A DNA stretch of 64,000 bases. Origin: an uncultured Planctomycetota bacterium. Its GTDB lineage: Bacteria > Planctomycetota > Planctomycetia > Isosphaerales > Isosphaeraceae. The position numbers were made by a program, and so were the translations under genes. The notes beneath the pieces are model-generated. The model had not been told where the DNA came from, made no database searches, and worked only from the letters and a program-made list of their open reading frames with translations. Where the stretch lies: positions 384,001 through 448,000 of the forward strand of contig CAWGMQ010000005.1 in assembly GCA_963823665.1 (NCBI GenBank), written 5' to 3'. This document shows positions 45,103 through 56,675 of the stretch, one piece after another (the stretch's first letter is position 1; the number at the start of each line of letters is the position of its first letter).

Positions 45103-46902
45103 CTACTCTTGCATACCGAACATCGGCACGTGCCTGGTCTCGAGGACCTTGCCTTCACCCAGGTACATGTGCACTCCGCACGGCAGGCAGGGATCGAAGC
45201 TGCGCACGGCCCGCATGATGTCGATGCCTTTGAACTTGTCGGGGCCATTCTCCTCGAAGATCGGCGTGTTCTGGACGGCATCCTCGTAGGGGCCGGGCGT
45301 GCCGTAGATGTCGCGGGGATTGGCATTCCAGGGCGTGGGCGGGTACGGGTGGTAGTTGGCGATCTTGCCCTTCCTGATCACCACATGGTGCGACAGCACG
45401 CCGCGAACCGCCTCATGGAAACCGCAGCCGATCGCCTCGTCGGGAACGGTGAACTCGGTCCAGGTCTTGGTTCGCCCGGCGTGCAGCTCCTTGAGGGCCT
45501 GCTCGACGAAGTAGTACGCACAGGCGGCGGCGTATGCCTGGAAGTAAGTTCGGGCCCGGTCGCGTTCGATGGCGTTGCTCCACTTGGGGACTTTCCATTC
45601 GAACTCGACTTCGGGCTTGGACGCCGTTCTTGGGCAGGTAGATCTTGACGCTCGAGCCCGTCGACTTCACGTAACCGATGTCAACCATATTCGACAGCGC
45701 GGTCGCCCACAACCGGGCGATGGCGCCGCCGCCGGTGTCGAGCGCGAGGTGCTCCTTGGTGCGCTTGTCGATACCAGCGTGGCGACATCACCCAGGTGTA
45801 CTTGTCGTCGAAATTGCGTTTCTGCGGCCGGGGAATGGTGGTCTGGTTCCAAGGGTGACGGCGGTCGACCGGGTTGCCGAGCGGGTCCTTCTCGACGAAG
45901 ATCTCGCTGTTATCCCAGTCGTCGTAGTAGGACGAACCCAGCAGGATGCGGATGTTGAGGTTGATGTCCACCAGGTCGTTCGTGACGACCTTGCCGTCGA
46001 CGATCACGGCGGGCGTGACGAACATCTTCCGCCCCCAGGCGTTCATGTTCTTGTAGGTGTAGTCGCAGGCTGCGGGGTCGTTGAACGAGCCCCAGCAGGC
46101 CAGCAGCGTGCGGCGGTAACCCACCTTCTCGTAGCCGGGCAGGGCTTCGTAGAAGAAGTCGAACAGGTCATCGTGCAGGGGCACGCACTTCTTCATGAAC
46201 TCGGCGTAGCGGGCCAGGCGAACGAGGTAGTCGGTGAAGAGCTGGACAGTGGGAACGGTGCCGACGCCGCCCGGGTAGAGTGTGGACGGGTGGACGTGGC
46301 GGCCTTCCATCAGACAGAACATTTCACGGGTGTAGCGGCTGACGTGCAGCGTCTCACGGTAGAAGTCGCCGGTGAAGGGGTTGAGCGCCCGCATGATGTC
46401 GGCGATGGTTTTGTAGCCGTGGTCCTCGGCGTGGGGCGACGGCGTGCGCTGGGCCTTCTCCCAGACGCCGGGATTGGTTTCCTTGACCATCTGCTCGCAG
46501 AAGTCGACGCCGACGAGATTGTCCTGGAAGATGTTGTGGTCGAACATGTACTCGGCGGCCTCGCCCAGATTGACGATCCACTCGGCGATGGCCGGCGGTC
46601 GAATGCCGAACGCCATGTTCTGGGCGTACGTCGCGCAGGTTGCGTGGTTGTCGCCGCAGATGCCGCAGATGCGGCTGGTGATGAAATGGGCGTCGCGCGG
46701 GTCTTTGTTCTTCATGAAGATGCTGTAGCCGCGGAAGATCGCCGAGGTGCTGTGGCACTCGGCGACTTGCCGGTTGTCGAAGTCGATCTTGGTGAAGATG
46801 CCCAGGCTGCCGACGATCCGGGTGATCGGGTCCCAGGACATCTCGACCAGTTTGCGGGGTTCGGTCGGCGCCTTCTTCTCGGGGAGAGTCGCAGTAGCTC
46901 AT
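45103..46902 (-). CDS. hhyL: Group 1h [NiFe]-hydrogenase large subunit; frameshifts near 46898, 45770 and 45625
   Basis: L1 TSRICGICGDNH and L2 RSFDPCLPCGVH followed by a cleavable C-terminal tail; MSWDPITRIVGSLG. Confidence 0.95.
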
Positions 46903-46916
46903 TCGACCAATCCTTT

Positions 46917-47995
46917 CTAGCCTTGTTGCGAGTAAGTGGTGGGATGATAACCGGTCGTCAGCTCGGAGCGCCGTGCCGCCAGCTCGGTTCCTTGTTGACG
47001 GTGGTGTTGGTGAAGCCGCGCAACGACCGGATCATCCGGCCGTAGATCCCGATCGCGTTGGTCGACAGCTTGGCGCCGGGCGGCTCGTCCATGAACGGCA
47101 TGAACTTGTCGGGGAATCCGGGCATCGTGCAGCCGATGCAGATGCCGCCGACGTTGGGGCAGCCGCCGATGCCGGCCATCCAGCCGCGCTTGGGCACATT
47201 GCAATTCACCACCGGCCCCCAGCAGCCCAGCTTGACCAGGCACTTGGGCGAGCCATACTCCGTGGTGAAATCGCCCTGTTCGTAGTAGCCGGCCCGATCG
47301 CAGCCTTCGTGCACCGTGTTGCCGAAGAGCCACTTGGGCCGGCCGCAGGTCGTCGAGCGGAATCATGGGCGCCAGGCCCGCGACCTGGATAGAGCAGGTA
47401 CAGGAAGGTCTCCATGAAGTTATCGGGCTGGACTGGACAACCCGGCACATTCACGATCGGGAGGCCTGCCTTCGACTTCCAATCCCAGCCCAGGTAGTCG
47501 CGCCAGGCCCATGCACCCGGTCGGGTTGCCTTCCATTGCGTGAATGCCGCCGTAGGTGGCGCAGGTGCCGGCCGCGACCACCGCCAGCGCCTTGGGAGCC
47601 AGACGATCGATCCATTCGTTGGTCGTGATCGGCTGGCCGGTCCGCTTGTCGGTGCCGAGCGCAGCCCAGTAGCCTTCGCTCTTGATCTTCTCGTTGGGTA
47701 TCGACCCTTCCACCACCAGCACGAACGGGTCGAGCCGGCCCTCCTCGGCCTGGTACCAGTATTTCATGAACTCGTCACCGACCTCGTACGCCAGCACCGG
47801 GTTGTGCAGGTGGACCTTGGGGAGCCCCGGAATGGCCCCCATGATCACGTCCTCCAGACTCGGCTGGGTGGCGGCGGTGATCGAGACCGAGTCGCCATCA
47901 CAGCCCAGACCGGCCGTGATCCACACGACATGCACCTCTTTGACAGCCGGTGCGCGTTGAGTTCGGCGCCCGTGGGGGACCGTTGCTTCAGCCAT
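46917..47995 (-). CDS. hhyS: Group 1h [NiFe]-hydrogenase small subunit (no Tat signal); about 4 frameshifts
   Basis: WITAGLGCDGDS, GTCATYGGI, PGCPVQPDN, HEGCDRAGYY, CLVKLGCWGP and GGCPNVGGICIGCTMPGFPD. Confidence 0.93.
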
Positions 47996-48127
47996 CGCCA
48001 GAGCGCTCCTTTTCACGAGGTGAGTGTCGAGTTGATTCAATTCGGATGACGAATGAGCGAGGAACAGCACCGCGCGCGACGTACCAGACCAGGGTCTTCG
48101 TGACGATCCTCTAGAAGTTCAACGCAA

Positions 48128-48143
48128 TGCACGAATCGTGCCA
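48128..48143 (-). promoter_or_regulatory. Sigma54 (-24/-12) promoter upstream of hhyS
   Basis: Minus strand TGGCACGATTCGTGCA = GG-N10-GC, about 130 bp before the hhyS ATG. Confidence 0.8.
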
Positions 48144-48248
48144 AAGGAGCGACTGATGGGATTTGAGCCCTAACATGTCTGCCTCTTTAGAATTAGGCAG
48201 ACGGCGACGGCGGCCGGGATATCAAGATGCAGCCTGGGGTTCCCATTC

Positions 48249-48268
48249 TTTCGGGAAAATTCCCGAAA
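48249..48268. promoter_or_regulatory. Candidate upstream activator (enhancer) palindrome
   Basis: TTTCGGGAA-AA-TTCCCGAAA perfect inverted repeat, about 110-125 bp upstream of the -24 element. Confidence 0.55.
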
Positions 48269-48278
48269 TATCGTCGGT

Positions 48279-49943
48279 CTAACGATCCCGTTTGATGCCG
48301 AGCTTGGCCATCTCGTGATTCGAGAGTTGTCGGCTTGAGACCAAGGATGGCGGCCGCTCCGTTCTTGCCGCTGACGCGCCAGCCGGTCTTCTGAAGGACC
48401 GCCAGGATCTGGCAGCGCTGGGTGTCGTCCAGCGTCAATCCGTTGGCCGGCACTGGAGCACCGGAAGAAATGGCCGGCGCGAAGGTCGTGCCGTTGGACA
48501 GCGACGGCAACTCGACTTGGAGTGTCGGGCCCTGGGTGACGATCATGGCGCGCTCGATGACGTTGCGCAGCTCGCGAATGTTTCCGGGCCAGGGGTAGCG
48601 CTTGAGCGTCTCCATCGGTGGCTTGCGGGATGGAGTCGATCTTCCGGCCCATGGTTCGGCCGAACTCTCTGACGAACGACCAGGCCAGAAGCGGAATGTC
48701 ATCGACGCCGCTCTCGGAGTGCAGGCAGGCGGATCGGGAACACGTTCAAGCGATAGAAGAGGTCCTCACGGAATCGCCCTTCCTTGACCATCGTTTCCAG
48801 GTCTCGGTTACTCGCGGCGATGATGCGCACGTTGGCCGAGAGGGTGCGGGTGCTGCCCAGGCGCTCGAACTGGCCGAACTGAAGGACCCGCAGCAGCTTG
48901 ACCTGCACCTCGAGGGGCAGCTCGCCGATCTCATCGAGGAAGAGGGTGGAACCGTCGGCCTGCTCGAAACGGCCGATCTGCCGCGTCATGGCGCCGGTGT
49001 AGGCGCCTTTTTCGTGGCCAAACAGCTCGCTTTCGATCAGTGTGGCCGGCAAGGCGGCGCCGCTCACCGTCAGCATGGGCCGGGCTCGCCGCGGGCTGCT
49101 GCTGTGAATGGCGCGGGCCAGCAGCTCCTTACCCGTGCCGGTCTCGCCAAGCAGGAGCACGGTCGCCGACGTGCCGGCCACTTGCTCCACCTGGTGCAGC
49201 ACCCTGCTGATGGCTGGAGTCTGCCCGACGATCTCGCCGAAGTTGCACTTGAGCTTGATCTCCTCCTGGAGGTAGACGTTGTCTGCCTGCAACTGGTCCT
49301 TGAGGCGTCTGATCTCGTCGTAGGCGGCAAGCGTGGCCTCCTCGGCTCGCTTGCGCTCGGTGATGTCGAAGGCCACGCCGTGCAGGAACGACGGCGCTCC
49401 GTGTTCGTCCATCACCAGCTTGGCTTCACCGTGGACCCAAACGACACGCCCGTCGCGGGCGAGGAACCGGAATTCGGCGCGAAGGCGCTCGCCGGAGAAA
49501 CAGGTGCGGGCGAAGCTCTCGGTCCACCGGACCTGGTCTTCCGGGTGCAACTGCCGGTACCAGAGGAAGGGCTCTTCCAGCCATTCCTGAGCCGAAAAGC
49601 CGAGCAGCTCCTCGATCTGCGGACTGACGTACAATTCGCTCGTGCTTCCGTCCAGCGGTGCCATGAAGGTCACCGCGGGGATTTGCTCCACCAGTGCACG
49701 GTAGCGGGCCTCGGCCCGGTGAAGCTGCCCGTCGCCGCCCGAGGCACGATTCGCCGAGGTCAGGATGCCCACCAACTGCCAGATATCGCTACCACCAGGC
49801 GGAAGTGCGCCGGCCATTCGCGCCAGGTGATTCTCTGCCTCCTGGTGCGAAGGCGGTTCGCCGCCGCGCGGTTTGCTCAGCGAACCTGGGTTCCGGCCGT
49901 TCCCGGCCTGAGGATCAGGGGGGGCCAACGATTTCCGCTTCAT
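48279..49943 (-). CDS. PAS-domain sigma54-dependent transcriptional activator (FhlA/NifA-like bEBP); frameshifts near 48700, 48620 and 48315
   Basis: PAS (YVSPQIEELLG...LHPEDQ); GETGTGKE; EKGAYTGA; LFLDEIGE; FREDLFYRLNV; YPWPGNIREL; HTH AAAILGLKPTTLESR. Confidence 0.9.
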
Positions 49944-49993
49944 GGGGTTACAATCAACTCAACATGGGAATGCTCTTGAGAAGACAATCGGAG

Positions 49994-51073
49994 TCAGCAA
50001 ATCCTGCGGTAGCTGCTCGCCCGCGAGCATGGTGACGACCCGTTCCCCGCCCACGAGCGAGTGCATTGTGACCATGCCCGGATGGTCGTCGACCACCTGG
50101 CCGATGATGGCGGCGTTCTGGCCGAGGGGGTGGTTGCGCATCACCTCCAGGAGTCGATCGGCGTCGCCCTGCGGGCACCACGGCAATCAATTTCCCCTCA
50201 TTGGCGACGTAGAGCGGATCGAGCCCCAGAATCTCGCAGGCGGCACGCACTTCGGGCCGGAGCGGAATCGCGGGCTCACGCAGCTCGACACCCACCTTCG
50301 AGGCCGCCGCCAGCTCGTTGAGCGCGCTCGAGAGCCCGCCGCGCGTCGGGTCGCGCATGCAGCGGATTCCAGGACATGCCTCGAGCATCACCCGGGTCAG
50401 GTCGTGGAGAGGGGCGCAGTCGCTTTCCAGTACGGTCTCGAATTCGATTCCCTCGCGCACCGACATGATGGCGATTCCGTGGTCGCCGACCGTGCCGGAG
50501 ACCAGGATGCGATCGCCGGGACGGGCGGCGCGGATCGAGAGCGATCGACCGTCCGGAACCAGACCAATGCCCGACGTGGTGATATAGACCTGGTCGCCCT
50601 TGCCGCGATCGACCACCTTGGTATCGCCGGTGACGAGCCGTGACCCCGGTCAGCGCGCACGCCTCGTGCATGGATGCGACGATTCGCTTCAAATCGGCCA
50701 TCGGCAGACCTTCTTCGAGAATGAATGCGGCCGAAAGGAACAGGGGCAGCGCGCCTCCGACGGCCAGGTCGTTCACGGTGCCGTGCACCGCCAGTTTACC
50801 AATGTCGCCACCCGGGAAAAAAATGGGGCGGACGACAAATGAATCGGTCGTGAATGCCAAGCGGGGAGCCTTGGACCCGTTCATGCCGGCCAGGCTGATG
50901 GTGGCTTGATCCTCAAGCGCGCAGAGGACCTCGTTGGCAAAGGCCGGTACGAACAGCCGCTCGATGAGATCGGCAGTTAACCGGCCGCCGCTGCCGTGGC
51001 CCAGCAAGACGTGCTCGTAGCTGGATAACGGCACGGGGCAGCTAAGCTGATCAAAGTCGATGACTTCAGGCAT
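49994..51073 (-). CDS. hypE: Hydrogenase carbamoyl dehydratase; about 3 frameshifts
   Basis: [51 protein letters not shown] and C-terminal GEQLP(R)IC. Confidence 0.95.
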
Positions 51074-52199
51074 TGGCTGTCTCGAGCTGTACCTTCGCGG
51101 CCGGCGCTGGATGCCGGAAGCGTCCGTAATGGTAGTAAGCCGCGCAGGCACCTTCCGACGACACCATGGTTGCCCCGAGCGGATTCTCCGGCGTGCAGGT
51201 TTTTCCGAAGGCCGGGCAGTCATGCGGCTTCTTGAGCCCCTGGAGAATCATTCCGCTGATGCACACACTCGACTCGTCGACTTGAACACCCTCGACCTCG
51301 AAGCGCCGTTCCGCGTCAAAGTCGGCGTAGGCGGGGCTGAGCCGGTAGCCGCTCTCTTGAATCGTGCCAATGCCCCGCCATTTGCGATCGGTGACTTCGA
51401 AGACCTCGCGTATCAAGCGGAGTGCGCCCGGATTCGCTTCGCGGTGCACGGCTCGGGAATACTGATTCTCCACGCCTTGCCGTCCCTCCTCGAGCATACG
51501 GACGCAACGGTAAACTCCCTCCAGGAGATCGAGCGGCTCAAAGCCGGTGATGACAATCGGGATGCCAAATCGCTCGGCCAGCGGCTCATACTCCTCGTAG
51601 CCCATGACCGTGCACACGTGGCCGGCGCCGAGGAAACCTTGCACGCGGTTGGAGGGCGAAGCGAGGATGGCCGTCATTGCCGGCGGCACCAGGACGTGAG
51701 ACACGAGCACCGCGAAGTTCTTGAGCCCGCGGCGCTTGGCTTGCCACACCGCCATGGCGTTGGGCGGCGCGGTGGTCTCGAAGCCGACGGCAAAAAAGAC
51801 GACGGTGCGTGACGGGTTCTGCTCGGCGATCTGGAGACAATCGAGCGGGGAATACACGATACGCACGTCGCCGCCGGCCGCCTTGACGGCAAAGAGATCG
51901 CGCCCGCTCCCGGGCACCCGAAGCATATCGCCGAAGGAGCAAAAAATCACTTCCGGCCGCGAGGCGATTGCAATGGCCTTGTCGATCAGCTCGAGCGGCG
52001 TGACGCACACCGGGCAGCCGGGGCCATGGACCAGCTCAATTCCCGGTGGCAAGAGCTCATCGATGCCGTACTTGACGATGGTGTGCGTTTGCCCGCCGCA
52101 GACTTCCATGATGGTCCACGGTTTGGTGGTGATGGCGAGCAGGGCCTGGCGGAGTTTGGCGGCGGCGGCGGGATCACGATATTCATCAAGGTACTTCAT
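51066..52199 (-). CDS. hypD: Hydrogenase Fe(CN)2CO scaffold protein
   Basis: [23 protein letters not shown] and [22 protein letters not shown]. Confidence 0.97.
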   Translation of the reverse strand: MKYLDEYRDPAAAAKLRQALLAITTKPWTIMEVCGGQTHTIVKYGIDELLPPGIELVHGPGCPVCVTPLELIDKAIAIASRPEVIFCSFGDMLRVPGSGRDLFAVKAAGGDVRIVYSPLDCLQIAEQNPSRTVVFFAVGFETTAPPNAMAVWQAKRRGLKNFAVLVSHVLVPPAMTAILASPSNRVQGFLGAGHVCTVMGYEEYEPLAERFGIPIVITGFEPLDLLEGVYRCVRMLEEGRQGVENQYSRAVHREANPGALRLIREVFEVTDRKWRGIGTIQESGYRLSPAYADFDAERRFEVEGVQVDESSVCISGMILQGLKKPHDCPAFGKTCTPENPLGATMVSSEGACAAYYHYGRFRHPAPAAKVQLETANA

Positions 52200-52449
52200 G
52201 TGCGTCTCCCGCTCTGAGGTCGGAGAGCTCGTTCATGCCGTCGAGAAACGCGAAGACCTGTTTTGCTTCGGCCTCGTCAATGCGCGACAGCGCGAAGCCG
52301 ACGTGCACGATGACGTATTCGCCGACCTGGGCCTCGGGCACGTGCTCGAGACAGACACGCTTGAAGACACCGCCGAAATCGACCTTGCCCATGAGCACAT
52401 CGTGCTCGCGATAGGTGCTGGTGACTTTTCCCGGGATTCCAAGGCACAT
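52186..52449 (-). CDS. hypC: Hydrogenase assembly chaperone
   Basis: MCLGIPG start and YVIVHVGFA. Confidence 0.97.
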   Translation of the reverse strand: MCLGIPGKVTSTYREHDVLMGKVDFGGVFKRVCLEHVPEAQVGEYVIVHVGFALSRIDEAEAKQVFAFLDGMNELSDLRAGDAHEVP

Positions 52450-52519
52450 TGGCGTCTCCTCTCTCGATCACGGACGCGAGGGTGGCGAAAAGCCTCGACC
52501 GACCGAAATCGACGATACC

Positions 52520-52535
52520 CGCACGTCTCGTGCCG
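52520..52535 (-). promoter_or_regulatory. Sigma54 (-24/-12) promoter upstream of hypC
   Basis: Minus strand CGGCACGAGACGTGCG = GG-N10-GC; shares GGCACGA..CGTGC with the hhyS promoter; about 70 bp before the hypC ATG. Confidence 0.7.
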
Positions 52536-52921
52536 GGCTTTCGTCAATGCGGCTCGGCGGGAGCCGCGCCCTTCCCGCTGCCTACGCCGGCACTTTCGCC
52601 TTCCGGCAGCGCTGCCGCAATGGCCAACTGTCTCGAATTCAGTCCTCCATTTTTCGGCGGCACGAGCCTGTGATTGGAGCCGCGAAGCCATCACGCTCTA
52701 GCCGCCGATGTACTTCACTGGATAGCCAGGCGTTCATGAAAACCTCGCCGCTCCGAGCAACGGCGTCGAGTTGGGTTGACCCGCCGTTATGGTCGCACAC
52801 CGCGCCGATCAATTCAATCGTCGGGGTTTGAAATCGGGGGTGTGCGATTGCGGTTGGAGTGCCCTCTGCGGCATCGAGCCCCACGACACGGCGCCCGTAT
52901 AATCGTCGAATTAGAATAGAG

Positions 52922-52941
52922 AAGGGGTGTCGGACACCTTT
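52922..52941. repeat. REP-like palindrome; related copies at 34407-34426 and 39326-39348
   Basis: AAGGGGTGTCGGACACCTTT; AAGAGGTTCCCGACACTTTT; AATCGGTTCCTGACACCTTTTTT. Confidence 0.6.
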
Positions 52942-53052
52942 CGCCCGCCGCGCATTGTCCGATCGGCGAGCGCCAGAGAAAGGTGTATTGCGGCGACCGC
53001 TCGTGGGGAATAGGAGTATGAGGACAGTCCACTCCTGCGCGGAGGGCAGATC

Positions 53053-56000
53053 ATGGCGAGCGCATCAGCGGGAAACCTCAAGCGGCACCTTGGGCGTCTC
53101 TTCGGCGCAGGCAGTCCCGTCGGACTGACCGATCGCGACTTGCTCGAGCGATGCACGCATGGGCGGGATGACTCCGCCGAGGCCGCATTCGAGACGATCC
53201 TGGCCCGCCATGGGGTGATGGTCCTCTCCGTCTGCCGGCACGTGCTTGGCGACGAGCACGCGGCCGAGGACGCCTTCCAGGCCACCTTCCTTGTCCTCTT
53301 CCGCCGCGCCGGATCGCTGCGCATCCGCGCGCCGGGCTCGCTGGGCCCGTGGCTTTACGGGGTCGCGCATCATATCGCGTCGAAGGCGCGACGGGGGGCT
53401 GCGCGACGCTGGGCGCGCGAGCGGCGGGTGCCGGTGCGGGGCGGGGGAGGAACTACGGCTACGATCGAGCGGGACGAGCTGCGGGCGCTCTTGCATGAAG
53501 AGGTCAACCGGTTGCCGGCGAAGTACCGCGCCGCAGTGGTGCTCTGCTATTTCGAGGGCCGGACGCACGACGAGGCCGCCGCCGCGTTGCAATGGCCGGT
53601 GGGGACGGTCCGGGGCCGGCTGGCCCGAGCCCGAGAACTGCTCCGAGTGCGGCTTACGCGCCGGGGCCTGGCGCCGAGCGGATGGCCTGGAGCCATTCTG
53701 ATAGAGCCGATCGCCCGGTTCGAGCCCCCGTCGGCGCTGGTGGAAGCCACCGTCGGCGCTGCGATCAAGGGAATGCCGGCCACGGCCGTGGGTGTGATGG
53801 CCGGGCGGGCGCTCAGGGGCCTGCACCTGGCGAGGCTCCGGATGACCGGGGGCGTGATCGGGATCGCCTTGATGATGGCCGGCTTCGGCCTCGCCGTACC
53901 CGGAGCGCCCAAGTCGCAGGACCGGCGGCGGTCCGAGACCACCCCGCGAGCGGACACGACGGCCCGATTCGTCTCGAAGGCAATCGATCGCCGCGCCGAT
54001 CCACTTCCGGAGCACGCCCGTCTCCGCATTGGCAGCACCGGATTCAATCACGGCATTTCGATCGGCCGGGTCCTCTGCACTCCTGACGGCAAGTCCATAG
54101 TGGCGATCGACCGTACCGGCGCCGTGCTCGTCTGGGATGCAGCCACCGGACAGTTGGTTCGAGCGATCGGCGGACCCCCGATCGTGTTCCGGGACATCGC
54201 GCTCGCGCCCGATGGCCTGACGCTGGCGACGCTGGAAACGTTCCAGACGCCGGGATGCGCGCTCCGCCTCTGGGACCTGGATTCGGGACGCGAGCGCCGC
54301 CGCTGGCATGAGGTCCCGGGATACCCCATGCATTTGACCTTCTCCCCAGATGGCCGGACTCTGGCCGCGGAGCTGAGCACCCAGGATCCGACCACCCTGA
54401 AGGAAAAACGCGCCATAACACTCTGGGACCTGACTTCGCCCACGGAGCGTCGGCGCCAGTTCGTGGCCGACTGGAGGGTTCTGAATGCGCTCGCATTCAC
54501 TCCCGATAGTAAGGCCCTGATCACGGGCAGCAACGATTTCGAATTACGGATCGCTGACGAGAAGCCCGAACGGGGCTCGCTGTGGCTCTGGGACGTCGCC
54601 ACGGGGCAGGCGCGGCGCCGCTTCCCGGTCGAGGGTCCTGAAGTCCGCTCGATCGCCGTTTCTCCCAACGGATCGCGAGTGGCCGCCAGCATATCCGACC
54701 AGACCATCCGGGTCTTTGACATGGCGACCGGGCAGGAGCGAACCCCGAGGCTAGTTCCGCGCCGCGCCCCCGGCCCGCCGGCCATCGGCAAGCGCCGGCT
54801 TCTGAACCCTCTTGTGATGAGCTGCCTGGTGTTCTCGCCCGACGGCTCAATTCTCGCGTCGGGCGCATCCGGGACGGGAGACACCGGGTCGTCCCAGCTC
54901 GCCGATGTCTACTTCTGGGACGTCGCCCGGGCAAAGGAACTCCGCCATCTCCCGGCGCACCAGGGATGGGTCAGGTCGTTGAGCTTCTCCCCGGATGGCC
55001 GGACGCTGGCCTCGACCGGTTCCGAGCCGATGATCCGCCTCTGGGACGTGGCCGACGGGCGAGAGGTCTTCACGCAGTCCGGCCATCGTTCGGCGATACG
55101 CAACCTGGTCGTCTCGCCAACCGACTCGACGGTCGTCACGGCCGGCCAGGACGGAACCATCAGGCACTGGGAAACCGCCGCGGGTCGTGAGCTGGGCGTG
55201 ATCGCCCGTTTTGCCGATTCGGCGGACACGATGGCCATTGCCCCCGATGGTAAGACCTTGCTCTTGGCCAGCAGCCACGGCGGAAGGTTCGCGCTCTGGA
55301 GCGTCGCCGAGCAGCGTGAGCTTCTCACTCTTCCCCGCATCAACCCGCGAAACCCCGTGCGCCATGTCGCGTTCTCACCCGACGGCAAGACCGTAGCTTC
55401 CGAGTGGCGGGTGTGGGACGTCGCCACCGGCCAAGTCCTGGTCACGTTCCGCGATCCAGACGAGCAGAAGAACCGCGATGCGAACTTCTTCCCCATATTC
55501 TATTCTCCGGATGGGACGAAGCTGATCACGACGGAGAGCGAGGGCGCCCGCATCTGGGATATCCGCTCGGGCAAGCAGGCGCGTTGGGCGGTCCGGGCCA
55601 AGATCCACCACTCTTGCGTGGCCCTCTCTCCCGATGGGCGGTACCTCGCGACAGGTGGTCTGGTGGCCCACTCCCGCGACATAGAGGCCGATCCGCAGAT
55701 CCACCTCTGGGAGCTGGCGTCGGGAGAGGCGGTCGCGACGCTCGAGGGGCACCGGGAGAGCACCCGGGGCCTGGCCTTCTCCCCGGACAGCCGATGGCTG
55801 GCCTCGTGCAGCGGCGGAAACGCGTCGCGCGACGACCAGACGGTCCGGATCTGGGACGTCGCCACGGGGCGCGAGCTGCGCCGATTCCACGGACACCTGG
55901 GAGCGGTCAACGAAGTCGCCTTCACGCCGGATGGCCGCTCGGTCGTCTCAGGCAGCGCCGACTCTACGGTGCTGGTCTGGGATGTCTCCGACCTGCCGAA

Positions 56001-56394
56001 CCACCGGGACGCCCAGCCGGTCACTGACGAACGGTTGAGGACCTGGTGGGCCGAGCTGGCCGGCAACGACGCCATGGCCGCTAACTGCGCGGGCTGGGCG
56101 CTGGGCGTCCCCTCGGCCATCGAGTTCCTCCGAGAACGCCTGCAACCTGCCACGTCCGCCGACCCCGAGGGTATTCCCGCGGTGAATGGGCCGATCGCGC
56201 CACCCGATGTCTTGCGGACCGTGCGCGCCATTGCAGCACTGGAGCGCGCGGGTACGCCCGAAGCCCGCGACGTCCTCGAGCGGATGGCAGGGGGAAACTC
56301 CGGCGCGATTGAGTCCAGAGAGGCGAAGGGCGCTCTTTCACGCCTGACTCGGCGCGGAGAGGCTCCGGCTCGGGCATTGCAAAGTCGGCCTTGA
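53053..56394 (+). CDS. ECF sigma factor with TM helix and C-terminal WD40 repeats (ECF57-like)
   Basis: [53 protein letters not shown]; many FSPDG...WD repeats; intact 1113-aa ORF. Confidence 0.93.
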   Translation: MASASAGNLKRHLGRLFGAGSPVGLTDRDLLERCTHGRDDSAEAAFETILARHGVMVLSVCRHVLGDEHAAEDAFQATFLVLFRRAGSLRIRAPGSLGPWLYGVAHHIASKARRGAARRWARERRVPVRGGGGTTATIERDELRALLHEEVNRLPAKYRAAVVLCYFEGRTHDEAAAALQWPVGTVRGRLARARELLRVRLTRRGLAPSGWPGAILIEPIARFEPPSALVEATVGAAIKGMPATAVGVMAGRALRGLHLARLRMTGGVIGIALMMAGFGLAVPGAPKSQDRRRSETTPRADTTARFVSKAIDRRADPLPEHARLRIGSTGFNHGISIGRVLCTPDGKSIVAIDRTGAVLVWDAATGQLVRAIGGPPIVFRDIALAPDGLTLATLETFQTPGCALRLWDLDSGRERRRWHEVPGYPMHLTFSPDGRTLAAELSTQDPTTLKEKRAITLWDLTSPTERRRQFVADWRVLNALAFTPDSKALITGSNDFELRIADEKPERGSLWLWDVATGQARRRFPVEGPEVRSIAVSPNGSRVAASISDQTIRVFDMATGQERTPRLVPRRAPGPPAIGKRRLLNPLVMSCLVFSPDGSILASGASGTGDTGSSQLADVYFWDVARAKELRHLPAHQGWVRSLSFSPDGRTLASTGSEPMIRLWDVADGREVFTQSGHRSAIRNLVVSPTDSTVVTAGQDGTIRHWETAAGRELGVIARFADSADTMAIAPDGKTLLLASSHGGRFALWSVAEQRELLTLPRINPRNPVRHVAFSPDGKTVASEWRVWDVATGQVLVTFRDPDEQKNRDANFFPIFYSPDGTKLITTESEGARIWDIRSGKQARWAVRAKIHHSCVALSPDGRYLATGGLVAHSRDIEADPQIHLWELASGEAVATLEGHRESTRGLAFSPDSRWLASCSGGNASRDDQTVRIWDVATGRELRRFHGHLGAVNEVAFTPDGRSVVSGSADSTVLVWDVSDLPNHRDAQPVTDERLRTWWAELAGNDAMAANCAGWALGVPSAIEFLRERLQPATSADPEGIPAVNGPIAPPDVLRTVRAIAALERAGTPEARDVLERMAGGNSGAIESREAKGALSRLTRRGEAPARALQSRP

Positions 56395-56675
56395 CCCGGA
56401 ACTCTCGGTTTTCCGGAATCGTCCGCCGCTTTGGGAGAGCCAGCAGATAAGTCGTTTGCGCGTTTACGTCCCTTTACGTCTCCGTCAATCGGCCCGAGCC
56501 CTGCGACACTGCGCCCATATATTCGCCAGAGTCGTTCAAGTCGCCGTCACTTGCGACCGATGAAACTGATGTATCCGGAAGTCGCGGGCTCGCGACGGTC
56601 CGGAAAGGGTGATGGAGTTCGCCCGCCGTTCAAACCGCCCGACATCGGGCTGATGACTCCTACCGCGAGGCACCA

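Noticed and set aside
45165..45205. Possible [NiFeSe] hydrogenase
   Set aside because: The L2 motif is DPCLPC with ordinary Cys codons and no in-frame TGA.
47950..47995. RR near the HhyS N-terminus as a Tat signal
   Set aside because: GRRTQR lacks the RRxFLK consensus and a hydrophobic region, consistent with cytoplasmic group 1h enzymes.
45678..49979. Long plus-strand ORFs (455 aa and 453 aa) opposite hhyL and the sigma54 activator
   Set aside because: Typical stop-poor antisense frames of high-GC genes, with no motifs.
752..51073. Frameshifts as programmed recoding
   Set aside because: They are scattered over unrelated gene families, several per gene, with no shared slippery motif; assembly error is the simpler explanation.
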